This document shows positions 23,873 to 33,822 of a stretch of DNA of 64,000 bases, piece by piece. How positions within the stretch are numbered: the stretch's first letter is position 1; every line of letters starts with the position of its first letter. The notes beneath the pieces are model-generated. The model worked only from the letters and a program-made list of their open reading frames with translations. It did not search any database and was not told where the DNA came from. The position numbers and the translations under genes are program-made. The stretch comes from Porphyridium purpureum (Eukaryota), in the NCBI GenBank assembly GCA_008690995.1, contig VRMN01000001.1, positions 62,001 to 126,000 on the forward strand. The letters are read 5' to 3'.

Positions 23873-25033
23873 ATGGCGGATCAAGAACCTTTAGGGTTGG
23901 GCTCGGCCGCGAAGGCGTCCAGGCCGACAGCATCGTCGGTCAGCAAAGATGTTGACGACTTGCGACAAAAGGTCACAGGGATGGAAGAGCGCGTCGAGGA
24001 GCAGCTCTCCCAGTTGAAGGACTCCTTGAAGTCCATGTTAGAGGAAGTCTTGGGCACTGCAGCGGTATCTGCGCGATTAGCAGAAACATCGCCGCCGCCG
24101 CAACTGCTTGACAGGGATCCTTATGCTCAGAGAACGAGCGTAGGACAAGCTAGTGGCTCGTCCAACGAGAGCACTCGTTTGAAGGACTTGTTTGAAAGAT
24201 CTCGGTTCGAGAAAACCGTGCGTGATGCCATGAAAGGCAACGAGATCACGGGTCCACGTGATTTAAAATTCATGAATACGCTGACCAAATGGGAGCGTTG
24301 TGTCGAAGGTTTTCCGCCAAGATGGGTCCGAGAGGTAGTCGTCTACGCGTTTAGTGGCGCTGCCGAACATATGTTTAACGCCGCGCTATTGAATGGAACC
24401 CTTCGGGTCGATGCTAGCGCGGATGAGCGGTGGAACTGGGCCGGACAACGTTTTTGGTCGCAGGCAACGCAGGACTCCGTTCGGGTGGAGTATCGTGGTC
24501 GCAAGCTGAAGCGGGATGAAACACTCACTTCGTACCACACGGACTTGCGAAATCTTGCCGCTGCTTTACAGATACCTGACACCGACTTAAAGGTAGACTT
24601 CGTCGAAGGACTCCCTAAAAAGTATCGGGAGATGGCACGTTTGCATGCGAACCAGCAAGAGTATGAAGGTCTCCTTCACGAGCTCATTTCCAACTACGGA
24701 GAGAAACTCGAATTCTCAACTTATTTGAAGCCGACCTACGGCGGCGCGCGGGCACAAGTAGTTCGCGCCATCGAAGAGGATGAATACCGCGAAATTTCAA
24801 ATTTTGATGAGCAGTCCTTCGCGCAAGGAGCGTCGCAACCGTCGCCGGCGGATTCCGTAAACGCAATCGCGGAAGCGGTAGCGCGCGTGCTTCAGGCGAG
24901 CAACGTGTGCTTCGTGTGCAAGCAGCCGGGCCATTGGGCTAGAGAGTGCACGGATGCGGCCGCGAAGGAGAGACAGGTGGGTGCGCGTACGCAGTTTCCG
25001 ACGAAAGATGCGTCTGGTCCTGGGTCCGCATGA
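23873..25033 (+). CDS. gag: Gag with CCHC zinc knuckle
   Basis: ETLTSYHTDLRNLA..FVEGLP capsid-like segment and CFVCKQPGHWAREC knuckle. ATG at 23873. Confidence 0.92.
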   Translation: MADQEPLGLGSAAKASRPTASSVSKDVDDLRQKVTGMEERVEEQLSQLKDSLKSMLEEVLGTAAVSARLAETSPPPQLLDRDPYAQRTSVGQASGSSNESTRLKDLFERSRFEKTVRDAMKGNEITGPRDLKFMNTLTKWERCVEGFPPRWVREVVVYAFSGAAEHMFNAALLNGTLRVDASADERWNWAGQRFWSQATQDSVRVEYRGRKLKRDETLTSYHTDLRNLAAALQIPDTDLKVDFVEGLPKKYREMARLHANQQEYEGLLHELISNYGEKLEFSTYLKPTYGGARAQVVRAIEEDEYREISNFDEQSFAQGASQPSPADSVNAIAEAVARVLQASNVCFVCKQPGHWARECTDAAAKERQVGARTQFPTKDASGPGSA

Positions 25034-28000
25034 ACCGCACCGCACCAAGGGTTAAAGACTGCCGCAGGGCAGTCATCACGCTTCGTACAGCTGCAGGAAG
25101 GGCAGGCTGGGAAGTGTGAGACACCGGAAGACCCGACAGATTTATTACCGGTGTCCTTGGAACGTGGGCAGGTCCGTATTTTCGACAGGCGGGTCCTGTG
25201 TTCGGTCCGTGGGTCCGTAGACCGACGACCGTTTGTTTTATTTTACGTGCGTGGAACCGTGGGTTGGATCCCTACGCGAGCGCTGGTGGACACAGGCGCG
25301 ACGGGTGACTCATATGCGTCTCGTGCAGTCGCAGAGAGCTGGGGTGCGCAAATGCAAAAAGCTAAGACTCGTGTAGACAACGCACAAGGAAGCACAATGG
25401 GTCCAGCAAAAGAAGCAGTCGTTCTCGTACGTCTAGGCGCTCTCGAGACACCGCTGCGCGTGTTGGTCGTCGAGGAGCTGGCTGAAGAGCTCATCGTGGG
25501 GATGGAATTTTGGCATAGACACTCCGAGTGTATAAATTTGACGAAACAGTGTGTGCAGATGCGCGGTGGGGAAAGGATTCCTTGTTTTACGAATACAAAC
25601 AAGGATCGAACGTTTATCCACTGTGCGCAAGAAGTCGTCATTCCAGCGTTCACGGAACGAGCTGTGTCTGTCTTGCTTCCGCAGAGTGGGCCATCAAGCG
25701 CACGAAAGCCAAGCTCGTGGCGAGTTCGGAACTCTTCGCGAGTACCGCTCAAAATAGGTGCAGGACAGAAGCTTGCAAGCATCCGCTGGGAACGTCCAGA
25801 CGTCATCGAGCGCGAGACGCTCGAAGCGATTGCTGAGATCCCTTTGAATCACGTTGAAAGTGCGTCAGTACGGAAAGAGTTCCTCGCAGTCGTGCAAAAG
25901 CATTGGCGAGTCTTCCGCGCTGAAGCAGGGCGTGCGCGGTCTGTACAGCACGTCATTCGTACCGAAGATGGGGCCAGTTTCCCCGCAGCGAAGCTCAGAC
26001 GTCGTTCTGAATCGGAGCGCGTGGCGGAGGAGACGATGGTGAAGGCGCTTTTAAAAAAGGGAATCCTCGAGCCGTGTAGTGGACCGTACGCGTCCGCGAA
26101 CGTACTCGTGCGCAAACCGACTGGTGCATGGAGGCTGACAACGGATTTCCGAAATCTGAATGCCGTCACCGTCAAGGATAAGTACCCGATTCCGCTGGTG
26201 CAAGAGTGCCTTGACTGGGCAGGAAGATTTTCGCTATTCAGCACGTTGGATTTGACCGATGGGTTTTTTCAAGTACCGCTGCATCCGGAGTCCCGTGATT
26301 TGACAGCCATGATTACGCCGCTTGGACTGTTCCGCTATTGCGTCATTGCGCAGGGCATGTCGAACAGCCCCGCGACGTTTCAAAGGTTGATGAATACCGT
26401 TCTTGGGGATCTGCGTTGGAAGAACTCTTTGATCTACATCGATGACCTAATCGTTGGCACCAAGTCAAAGGAAGAGCACCTCGAAATCTTGGACCAAGTT
26501 CTACAGAGGTTCGAGGAGGAGGGGCTCACGTTTTCCCTCCCAAAGTGCTCATTCCTGGCGAGGTCTATCGAATTTTTGGGGCACGAGGTAGAGGGGGGAA
26601 AAATTCGGCCGAAGAGGCGGAACGTGGAGGCGATCCGCGCGTGGGAGGTTCCGGCTAATCCTAGTGAGGTACAGCGTTTCCTCGGCGTCGTGGGATGGTT
26701 TCGAGCATTCGTTCCGGGCTTCGAGAAGATCGCAGCGCCGTTGCGAGAGGCGCTGGCGGGATTGGCGATGTCGGCCAAGAAGAGCAGCAGACGTCAGGCT
26801 GTCCAGTGCGTCGATTGGAGCAGTCGCTTCGGGAAAGCTCAACGCGAGGCGTTTGAGAGGCTGAAGACAGCGCTGTGTGATCCTTCGGTGGTGCTTTACC
26901 AACCGATTCCGGGAGCTGCGTGGATGCTTGACACGGACGCATCAACGTTGGGCGTTGGAGCCGCGCTTTACCGGCGTTTGGGATCCTCGTTCCATCCTGT
27001 GTGTTTCCTGTCGAGAGCGCTGACTCCAGCGGAGAAGAATTATGCCATCACAGAGCTCGAATGCTTAGCAGTTGTTTGGGCGGTGCGGAAATGTCGTCAT
27101 TACCTTTATGGAGAGTCCATTTGCATTCGTTCTGATCACGAGCCTTTAAAGTGGCTCTTGAATTTGAAGGAACCGCGAGGGCGCTTGGCGCGGTGGGCAC
27201 TCGCGCTGTCGGACTATAATTTCGTGCTGGAGTACATAAAAGGGCCAAGCAACAAGGTGCCGGATGCGCTATCGCGTCAGCCACTTCCGGCTCACGAGCC
27301 CTTGCAATCGTACGACGAGCGCATGGCACGTATCGTGACATCGGTAGCTAACTCTTCGGAGAAGGCGCGAGAACTTCCGAGCAAGGAGGAGCTCAAGGCG
27401 GCGTACGCGGAGGATGAACAAATTGCTAAAGAAATAGCGAATTTGAATTCTCAGCGGCCGGAGTACAGCGAGCCCGAGTATTTCTGCGATGAAGATGGAA
27501 TCCTATGGGCACAGACAAAGCCGCTAAGGCGTGTGGTGCCGGACGCACTCGTGAGTAGAGTACTCGGTTACTACCACTCGACGAGCGCCAGTGGCCACAT
27601 GGATGTTGCCAAGACGATTGGCAGGGTCGCAAGTGGGCTCTGGTGGTGGCCTGGTTGGACGGCGGACGTCCGTGAGTTTTTGCAGTCGTGTCGTTTCTGT
27701 GCGCGACGAAAGGGAAGTCGTCAGCAGCAGGTTCCGATTGGGAGGCGGCGCCCAACAAGGCGATTTGAGCTGGTAGCAGCAGATCTGCTCACCATTTCGC
27801 CGAAAACGGCGCGTGGTTTCGACAAGGTGCTGGTGGTTGCAGACCTCTTTTCAAGGTTTACGGTAGCCGTGCCTGTCGCGGATGAGACGGCGCGGTCGGT
27901 GGCCGACGGACTCCTGAGTGCGTGGGTGGCGCCTTTCGGGCCGCCCGAGGCGCTCTTGAGTGACAACGGACCAGCTTTTCGATCCGAACTCTTGGCACGT

Positions 28001-28867
28001 ATCAGCCAATTACTGGGGATTGGGAAAGTGTTCACGTTGGAGCACAATCCGAAGGCGAACGGAGTAGTCGAACGGTACAATCGTACGCTGTGTGGGCTGC
28101 TCGCGGGGGCAATGGCGGACCATGACGCTGATGTGGGATGGGACGTGTTTCTGCCTTTGGCAGTACACGCGTACAACGCTTCCTGGCATGCGTCGTTGGG
28201 CGGTTTGAGCCCGTACGAGGTCATGTTTGGCCGCCCGGCAAACGACTTTAGCCAAGCAATCGTTCCAGAGGAGCAGGCGCCGGAGCAAGAATTTGTAGCA
28301 TTCGCTGACCAGCTGCGCGGGCGCATCAAAATGATGCACGCGCTGGCACTGGCGGCGTCTGACCGGAGTCATGCGAAAAACTTCGCACGGAGTGCAGCCA
28401 GTGTCAGCCGAACTTCTGCGCGGCAGCTCGTCAAGGTTGGCGACGCAGTCATGCTGTGGCGGGGCTTGGGAACGCTGAAGGGGCGCAAGTTGGAGGCACC
28501 GTGGGTCGGACCGTACGAACTCTTGGCGCTTGAGGGCTCGCGGGCGACTATCAGGAGCTCATCTGAGGAGTTTTTTGTGCATGTGGATCGCATCAAGCAT
28601 GTGGACACAAGCGTGGAGCTAAGCAGCGACTTTGACGCAGACAGCGCTCGTCGGAGCAGCGTGCTCACGGAAATCTCCAGTCTCCAGAAGCGCCGGGAGA
28701 GAGACGGACAAGTCGAGTTCTTGGTGGCCTGGTACGGCGCGAAGCGCGCCGACTGGACGTGGGAGCTCGCGGAGGACCTTCCAGAGACGCTCGTGCGAGA
28801 GTTCGAGGATTCCTTTGCGTCAAAAGGGGATGTTTTGCGGACTCGCAGTGGTCGTGCTTTCCGGTAG
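25034..28867 (+). CDS. pol: Pol: aspartic protease, RT, RNase H, integrase, chromodomain (same frame as gag, open from the gag stop)
   Basis: ALVDTGA, YIDD, DTDAS/ELECLA/SDH/DALSR, HHCC plus D-D-E (AADL, SDNG, VERYNRTL), GPY, and chromodomain EFLVAWYG..WTWELAEDL. Confidence 0.95.
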   Translation, partial: TAPHQGLKTAAGQSSRFVQLQEGQAGKCETPEDPTDLLPVSLERGQVRIFDRRVLCSVRGSVDRRPFVLFYVRGTVGWIPTRALVDTGATGDSYASRAVAESWGAQMQKAKTRVDNAQGSTMGPAKEAVVLVRLGALETPLRVLVVEELAEELIVGMEFWHRHSECINLTKQCVQMRGGERIPCFTNTNKDRTFIHCAQEVVIPAFTERAVSVLLPQSGPSSARKPSSWRVRNSSRVPLKIGAGQKLASIRWERPDVIERETLEAIAEIPLNHVESASVRKEFLAVVQKHWRVFRAEAGRARSVQHVIRTEDGASFPAAKLRRRSESERVAEETMVKALLKKGILEPCSGPYASANVLVRKPTGAWRLTTDFRNLNAVTVKDKYPIPLVQECLDWAGRFSLFSTLDLTDGFFQVPLHPESRDLTAMITPLGLFRYCVIAQGMSNSPATFQRLMNTVLGDLRWKNSLIYIDDLIVGTKSKEEHLEILDQVLQRFEEEGLTFSLPKCSFLARSIEFLGHEVEGGKIRPKRRNVEAIRAWEVPANPSEVQRFLGVVGWFRAFVPGFEKIAAPLREALAGLAMSAKKSSRRQAVQCVDWSSRFGKAQREAFERLKTALCDPSVVLYQPIPGAAWMLDTDASTLGVGAALYRRLGSSFHPVCFLSRALTPAEKNYAITELECLAVVWAVRKCRHYLYGESICIRSDHEPLKWLLNLKEPRGRLARWALALSDYNFVLEYIKGPSNKVPDALSRQPLPAHEPLQSYDERMARIVTSVANSSEKARELPSKEELKAAYAEDEQIAKEIANLNSQRPEYSEPEYFCDEDGILWAQTKPLRRVVPDALVSRVLGYYHSTSASGHMDVAKTIGRVASGLWWWPGWTADVREFLQSCRFCARRKGSRQQQVPIGRRRPTRRFELVAADLLTISPKTARGFDKVLVVADLFSRFTVAVPVADETARSVADGLLSAWVAPFGPPEALLSDNGPAFRSELLARISQLLGIGKVFTLEHNPKANGVVERYNRTLCGLLAGAMADHDADVGWDVFLPLAVHAYNASWHASLGGLSPYEVMFGRPANDFSQAIVPEEQAPEQEFVAFADQLRGRIKMMHALALAASDRSHAKNFARSAASVSRTSARQLVKVGDAVMLWRGLGTLKGRKLEAPWVGPYELLALEGSRATIRSSSEEFFVHVDRIKHVDTSVELSSDFDADSARRSSVLTEISSLQKRRERDGQVEFLVAWYGAKRADWTWELAEDLPETLVREFEDSFASKGDVLRTRSGRAFR

Positions 28868-29760
28868 CGCTGGGAGCCAGCGGCACTCGTCAGACGCTCG
28901 GATGCCTCTGCCGTTGTGCGCCGATGCACCGTTGCGGTCACCAAGAATGCATCAAGTACTCGTTTGAGCAGGGCCGGTTTCTTCGTACCGGGTGCAAATG
29001 TGAGGCATGCAAAATGCGCACAAATAATCGCTTTTGAAGTGTTTTTTGCAGGGCTTGTGTAAACTTGTGGAGCTTGCCAGCAGCGTTCCGGTGGCGTGCA
29101 GCTTGCCGCCAAGTTTCAGCCCGCTAGCCTGAGCGATTACAGAGCAGTCGTTATTCGCGTGTCGGTAGCGACCACGAAAGTGCCGGAAGAATTCGGGTTT
29201 TCACGGTTTGGTCGCGCTGTGGTTGGCCAGGGCACTCGTACGTGTGCGCGCGCATGCTTCAGCATGTGGTGAAGGCACTGGAGAAGACGATTTATGCGTA
29301 GCTTCGACGGTTTGCGAATGGTGAGGTCGCCGATCCGGGCTGCGGGTGCCGAAATATTCGCGAAACTCTGACGCGCGCACTCGTGTTTGAAGGGGTTTGC
29401 GTTGGAGTTTCGAGGCGTGGCTTGACATGCGGATGCATGGCGGTGTTGAGCGTGCTGGTGCGCGATGGTGCCGTGATTCATGGAGTCGTTTGGTGGGGAG
29501 ACGCTTTCGCGTGGTTCCCTCCGCGGATTGAAGGGCGTGCGTCTCTGTGCTCGGGCGTTCAGTCGTTGGGTGTACAGTACTTACACTGTACCTCTTGGGT
29601 CGGACTTCGGTTCGCGCGTTTTTCTGTTGTTTCTTTCTTTTTTTATGTCCGGTAGCCGCGCGCATTTTCGGTCGCGCTTTGCACGGTTCCCCACGGGTTA
29701 CTCCGACGGGCTGCCAGGACCTTTTCTTGCAGATGTAGGGCTTAGGGGTTGCGTGAGATG

Positions 29761-30073
29761 TGTAACGATCCACCCCTTTTGTCCACCTGCAGCTTTTTCT
29801 AATCGCCTCTTTAATTTTTTTGTTACAGTCTAAAGTCTATTCTAATGGGCACTGTACCACTCGGTACAGTGCGTCGGCCCCCAAAATAACTGGGCGGTCC
29901 GGTTAGCTTTAGGGTCTAGTTGTAGGGTATTTAAGCTCTGCCGCTTCACGGCGGGGATTGGAGAAAGAGAGCGAGAGAAGACAGGAGAGGAGAGAGAGTA
30001 AAAGACGTTGGTTTTGAACGCTTGGGGTCTGGGACACGAGCGGACGATTGGGGTGACCCCCCAAATCGTGGCA
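29761..30073 (+). repeat. 3' LTR (313 bp)
   Basis: Copy of the 5' LTR with a few substitutions and indels, mostly in the GA-rich tract. Followed by CCTA. Confidence 0.95.
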
Positions 30074-30077
30074 CCTA

Positions 30078-31370
30078 GTCGCGCGACGCCGTCCGAAATA
30101 GCTGCAACCTGCTTACTGCTGCAGCAGCCCTTTCGCGACCGACCATCGCTTGTCACGTGAACTCTTGTTATGGGCGCTTCCGTCCAATTCACTCGCTCGT
30201 ACTCCGAGACGAGACTTTTTTCTGTCTGAATTCTTTCTGCTCTTGACCCGCCGGCCTTCTCGGTTTCCAAGGTTTCACTGCTATCACCGCTTTCACCATC
30301 GCTGCCGCCTCCTGAGTGCCGCTACTCTTCGCCGTCGGCCACTCTTTCAGGGTCCGGCGGCCAGACAAATTCTTCGTCGGCAGGCCTGAGCTGCCTTCTC
30401 GTAGCTGGATAATTTTCAGGAAGCGGTTTTCATTCTTGTATCCAGCGAGCCGCTGCCGGTCTCACATCTAAAAATGAGACCACTAGGCAGTTCAAGCGTT
30501 GTTTGATCCTTTCCGATTCTGGGATACGAAACCTAACCACAATTGCGACAAGACCCTTTAGGTCATGCTTTTTGGGAGCCTCGTCGTACGCTATGACAAC
30601 CCAGCCAAACGCAGGCAGCTCCATGTTCAAGTTAGTACTGAACCGCTTCACAGAAGCAGCGTTACCACCTCGGGGCCCGGCCCAAACAAGATTCCGCGTG
30701 TTATCAGCTGTGCCCTCGTGTGGTTTTACGGTAGACGTTCACTCGTACTCCTGACCTTCTTTTTCTCTGAGCAAGGCCTGACCGACTAGTCCAGGCAGTA
30801 GTGTCGCCTTTTATATCTTTACTTCCGCGAGAGACAGGAAGGCGCCAAAAGAAATGACGATGCAAATCTGTAGAGGCCCCGAGAAGTTCTCGATCTTCAC
30901 AGATCTTTTTCTCTTCCCCTATTTCTAAAAGCTTACCCTCTTTTTCTCTTTTGTGATCTCTTTTTCTGGTTTTTCGCCCGAGTGGGATACCCAGGTGCTC
31001 TTTTTTACCCACGCACCGGCTGTCACGCAGCACTGGCCGTCTTTCTGCTCGACTACCCGGCGGCTCACCGAGAGCGGCCCACTCCGCGGCCGGTTGCTCT
31101 GCCTGACCGCGGCCCTCTTGCCTACAACTCTGACGGTGATACAGGTCCGTCCTGTCGCCCCCCGCGTGACCACCACCCTCTCGATAAATTTCTCCTTCGG
31201 CTGCTCTTTTCCCACTAGCCCGATTGACGCGCTGCGGCACATCATTGTCATTTCCGCACAAGTAGTGTGTGAACTGCGTGCAAATGGCTCGAGCCGAATG
31301 CACGCGAAAGAACCTGCTGATGAGGAACAGGGCGCGCCTGAGCGTGCTGACGTGAACGAGGGCACACAGT
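30078..31370 (-). mobile_element. Probable 5' part of the decayed Copia element
   Basis: ELPAFGWVVIAYDEAPKKHDLKGLVAIVVRF resembles the Copia post-integrase SH3-like segment (LRVFGCxAY..KL...IFxGY). RCVGKKEH may be an eroded knuckle. Same strand and correct order relative to 21190-23127. Confidence 0.5.
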
Positions 31371-31976
31371 AGTGTCGTGGCCCACCATGTTTCGGTTGTG
31401 CGACCGTTCAGGGGGTCGTGACGGGAACGGACGCAGAGTATTTTTGCGCCTCAGGGGGCGTTTTCCTCGAACGGACCGTTTGGGACAGAAAGGTATATAA
31501 AGGACGTTCGACAAGTGTTCGGTTAGAGTGAGCCAAAATAAAAGAGGGCACCGTTGACGAAGAAATAAGAGCCTACAAGGTGTTGAGAAGCTGCACAACG
31601 GTCCTTTGGCAGCAAAGAAGAACCGGACGAGGTGAGCACCGTGTGTGTACAGTCGAGGGACTGTGCTGCGCGGTGCACACAGAGTGGGAAGGCGTTTCCT
31701 ACAACAGGTAGAACTCTGTGGAACCGCTGAAGCTTCCAGAAGCGGTTTCACGGTCTACCGGATCGTCGGCTTAACGGTTTCAAGTTAACTGGACCGTTTG
31801 CGCCGCGTGCGACTTTCGAGCTCCGAAGTGTCGACGGTTTCAAAAAATGAACGGGAAACCCAAACAGAATCTCGAGGAAATGCGCGCCGTGGTGCTGACA
31901 GGCCGCGTTGCGCCGCGCGACGGAGCGGAAGAGCGGGTGGAAAGTGGAGGCGCACGCGGCAGCCGGCGGCGAGAAG

Positions 31977-32348
31977 ATGGCAGAGTACTTTACCGAGGCG
32001 AACAATGGGTATTCGCAAGGGCTGTGGGGCTGCATGGCCAACCCGGTGGATTGCGTGTTCAGCTGGTGCTTGACGCCGTGCGCGTTCGGAGAGTGGTACG
32101 GGCGTCGCCGCGAGAGCGACGAGTTCACAAAGAACGCGATCATCGGCACTGTCCTTGGCTGGATTCCGATTGTGAACTTCTTTTTCCTTTGCCAGGAGCG
32201 CAAGTCGGCGCAGGGGGAGCGCGGCGCCGACCTCCAATCCGACGTTGAGCTCGGGTTGCTCAGTTTCTTTTGTTCGTGCTGCGTGATCAGTCAGGAGCGC
32301 AGCCTGTACAACAGCGATGGAAAGGAGCCAAAGCTTGTGACGTTCTAG
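31977..32348 (+). CDS. PLAC8-family Cys-rich membrane protein
   Basis: YSQGLWGCMANPVDCVFSWCLTPCAFG...FFCSCCVISQERS. ATG at 31977. Confidence 0.85.
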   Translation: MAEYFTEANNGYSQGLWGCMANPVDCVFSWCLTPCAFGEWYGRRRESDEFTKNAIIGTVLGWIPIVNFFFLCQERKSAQGERGADLQSDVELGLLSFFCSCCVISQERSLYNSDGKEPKLVTF

Positions 32349-32736
32349 GTGCGGCAGGGTTTCTTGTCCCGAAGGCAAAGTCCGCTCGGCTTCCGCGCTG
32401 AGCGGATGCGCGCCTTTTTTTTTTCTTCTCCGCAGTCGTGCTCCTTCTTCCCGCGAGTATCCTTAGCATACTGGCGCAAGCTCGTGTCGCATGCAGACGC
32501 CTGGCTCTTTTTAGACATGTGTGCCGTGCGGCATTTAATACATCCACCAGATTGGGTTTCTTATGTTCCTTTTCTTTTCTGTCCTCCACATTTCACGTCT
32601 CCTCTACGAAACAACATTTTCGTTCGTCTTTCCTGCAGATGAGTCTCCCAGTCGCTCGTGCACGTCCAGCTCTCGAGTTCCTCACGATGACAACGCTGGA
32701 AGTCGCTCGCAGCGACTCGATGGCGCACGACCGACT

Positions 32737-33822
32737 TCACATCATCAGGACGCCATCTTTCTCACTGTGCTCGTACTTGCTCAAGTAACGATGAAAGCGA
32801 CGCGGAACACGATACTGCTCAAGCACCAAGCTGACGCGTCGCTGGTCAGTCTCGGTCGTGTAGCCTCGCACTTGGTGGTAAGCGTCACCGCGGAAGCGCG
32901 CCCCCTTGTTCTGCACCGGCGTAATGCGTGACTTGACCGTGCCGCCGCCCTCTTCGTATTGTTCGCGAGTGCCAAGCACCTCCAGCTCACCCCCTTCCAT
33001 GTCGGGCGGGACGCTCAAGTAGAGTACCGTCACTGTGTGGGCCAGGAAGTCGGTGTTGGGTCGCGAGTGCTTGAGTGTATTATCCACGTGGCGCCCGACG
33101 ACCAGCTCGGACGCGTTGTTGGGCTTGTCAGCCACGAGCACGTTCATCACAAACCCATTCGCGCGGATGTCTCTCGCCTTGTCGAAAAACGGCAACAGAG
33201 GATTGAACGAGCCACAGTTAAACAGCGTTTCGGCCCGAAACTTTGGAATGCCGAGGTCGCTGAACTTGATCACAAAGCCGCGCGTGTACTTGAAGCCGTC
33301 TGGGTTGAGATGGTTTCGCTGGATGTGCGGGTGGTCAATCAGGCAGTCGCGCATCTTGTTGAACGTGTCATTATCCATGTACGACGGGAATATTTCACTG
33401 AGCGGCTGGTCGGGTGATGTGGAAACAAACTCCTTTTCGCGGAGGGTCACCATCACGGGAATATCTAACGTTTTGATAACTTGTCCAATCACGCTGTCCA
33501 TCCACGGATGCTCGTACGAGCCCATGGTCTCCAGCACAAACCAGGTCTGGAAGCTGGCGCCCAGCAGCGTCCCGACAAAAAGACTTAGTACGAGAGCTCC
33601 CAAGCTCGGCATCCACAGTGGTACCTTGACGTGTATGCGCCGGTCGACCTTGCCCAGCTTTTTCCAGGGCCTTTGCAAAAAGGCAGCCGCCGAGGGCCTG
33701 CTCATCTCATTCAGCCCGTTCGACCCATTGTGTTTCGCCGCTCCGGCGGCGTGCTTGGCGTCTACAGCAGACGACGACGACGACGAGGTCCCGTTCTGCT
33801 CGTTTGGCTGTTGCGCGGCCAT
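32737..33822 (-). CDS. Type II membrane 2OG-Fe(II) dioxygenase (prolyl-hydroxylase-like fold)
   Basis: One TM helix, then HVD (HxD), VTVLYL, EGGEL, FRGDAYHQV (distal His) and RVS (RxS). Confidence 0.85.
   Translation of the reverse strand: MAAQQPNEQNGTSSSSSSAVDAKHAAGAAKHNGSNGLNEMSRPSAAAFLQRPWKKLGKVDRRIHVKVPLWMPSLGALVLSLFVGTLLGASFQTWFVLETMGSYEHPWMDSVIGQVIKTLDIPVMVTLREKEFVSTSPDQPLSEIFPSYMDNDTFNKMRDCLIDHPHIQRNHLNPDGFKYTRGFVIKFSDLGIPKFRAETLFNCGSFNPLLPFFDKARDIRANGFVMNVLVADKPNNASELVVGRHVDNTLKHSRPNTDFLAHTVTVLYLSVPPDMEGGELEVLGTREQYEEGGGTVKSRITPVQNKGARFRGDAYHQVRGYTTETDQRRVSLVLEQYRVPRRFHRYLSKYEHSEKDGVLMM

Larger units (their letters stand above)
23128..30073 (+). mobile_element. Near-intact Ty3/Gypsy chromovirus LTR retrotransposon
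   Basis: Direct LTRs with TG..CA ends, CCTA on both flanks (23124-23127 and 30074-30077), gag, and PR-RT-RH-IN-chromodomain pol. Confidence 0.97.

Noticed and set aside
25031..25033. Selenocysteine reading of the gag UGA
   Set aside because: Codon lies in a linker, not a redox motif, and no SECIS was recognised. Generic read-through or mutation is simpler.
28868..29760. Possible env-like or extra ORF in the Gypsy 3' region
   Set aside because: Only short or antisense ORFs, with no signal peptide/TM pattern or recognisable domain.
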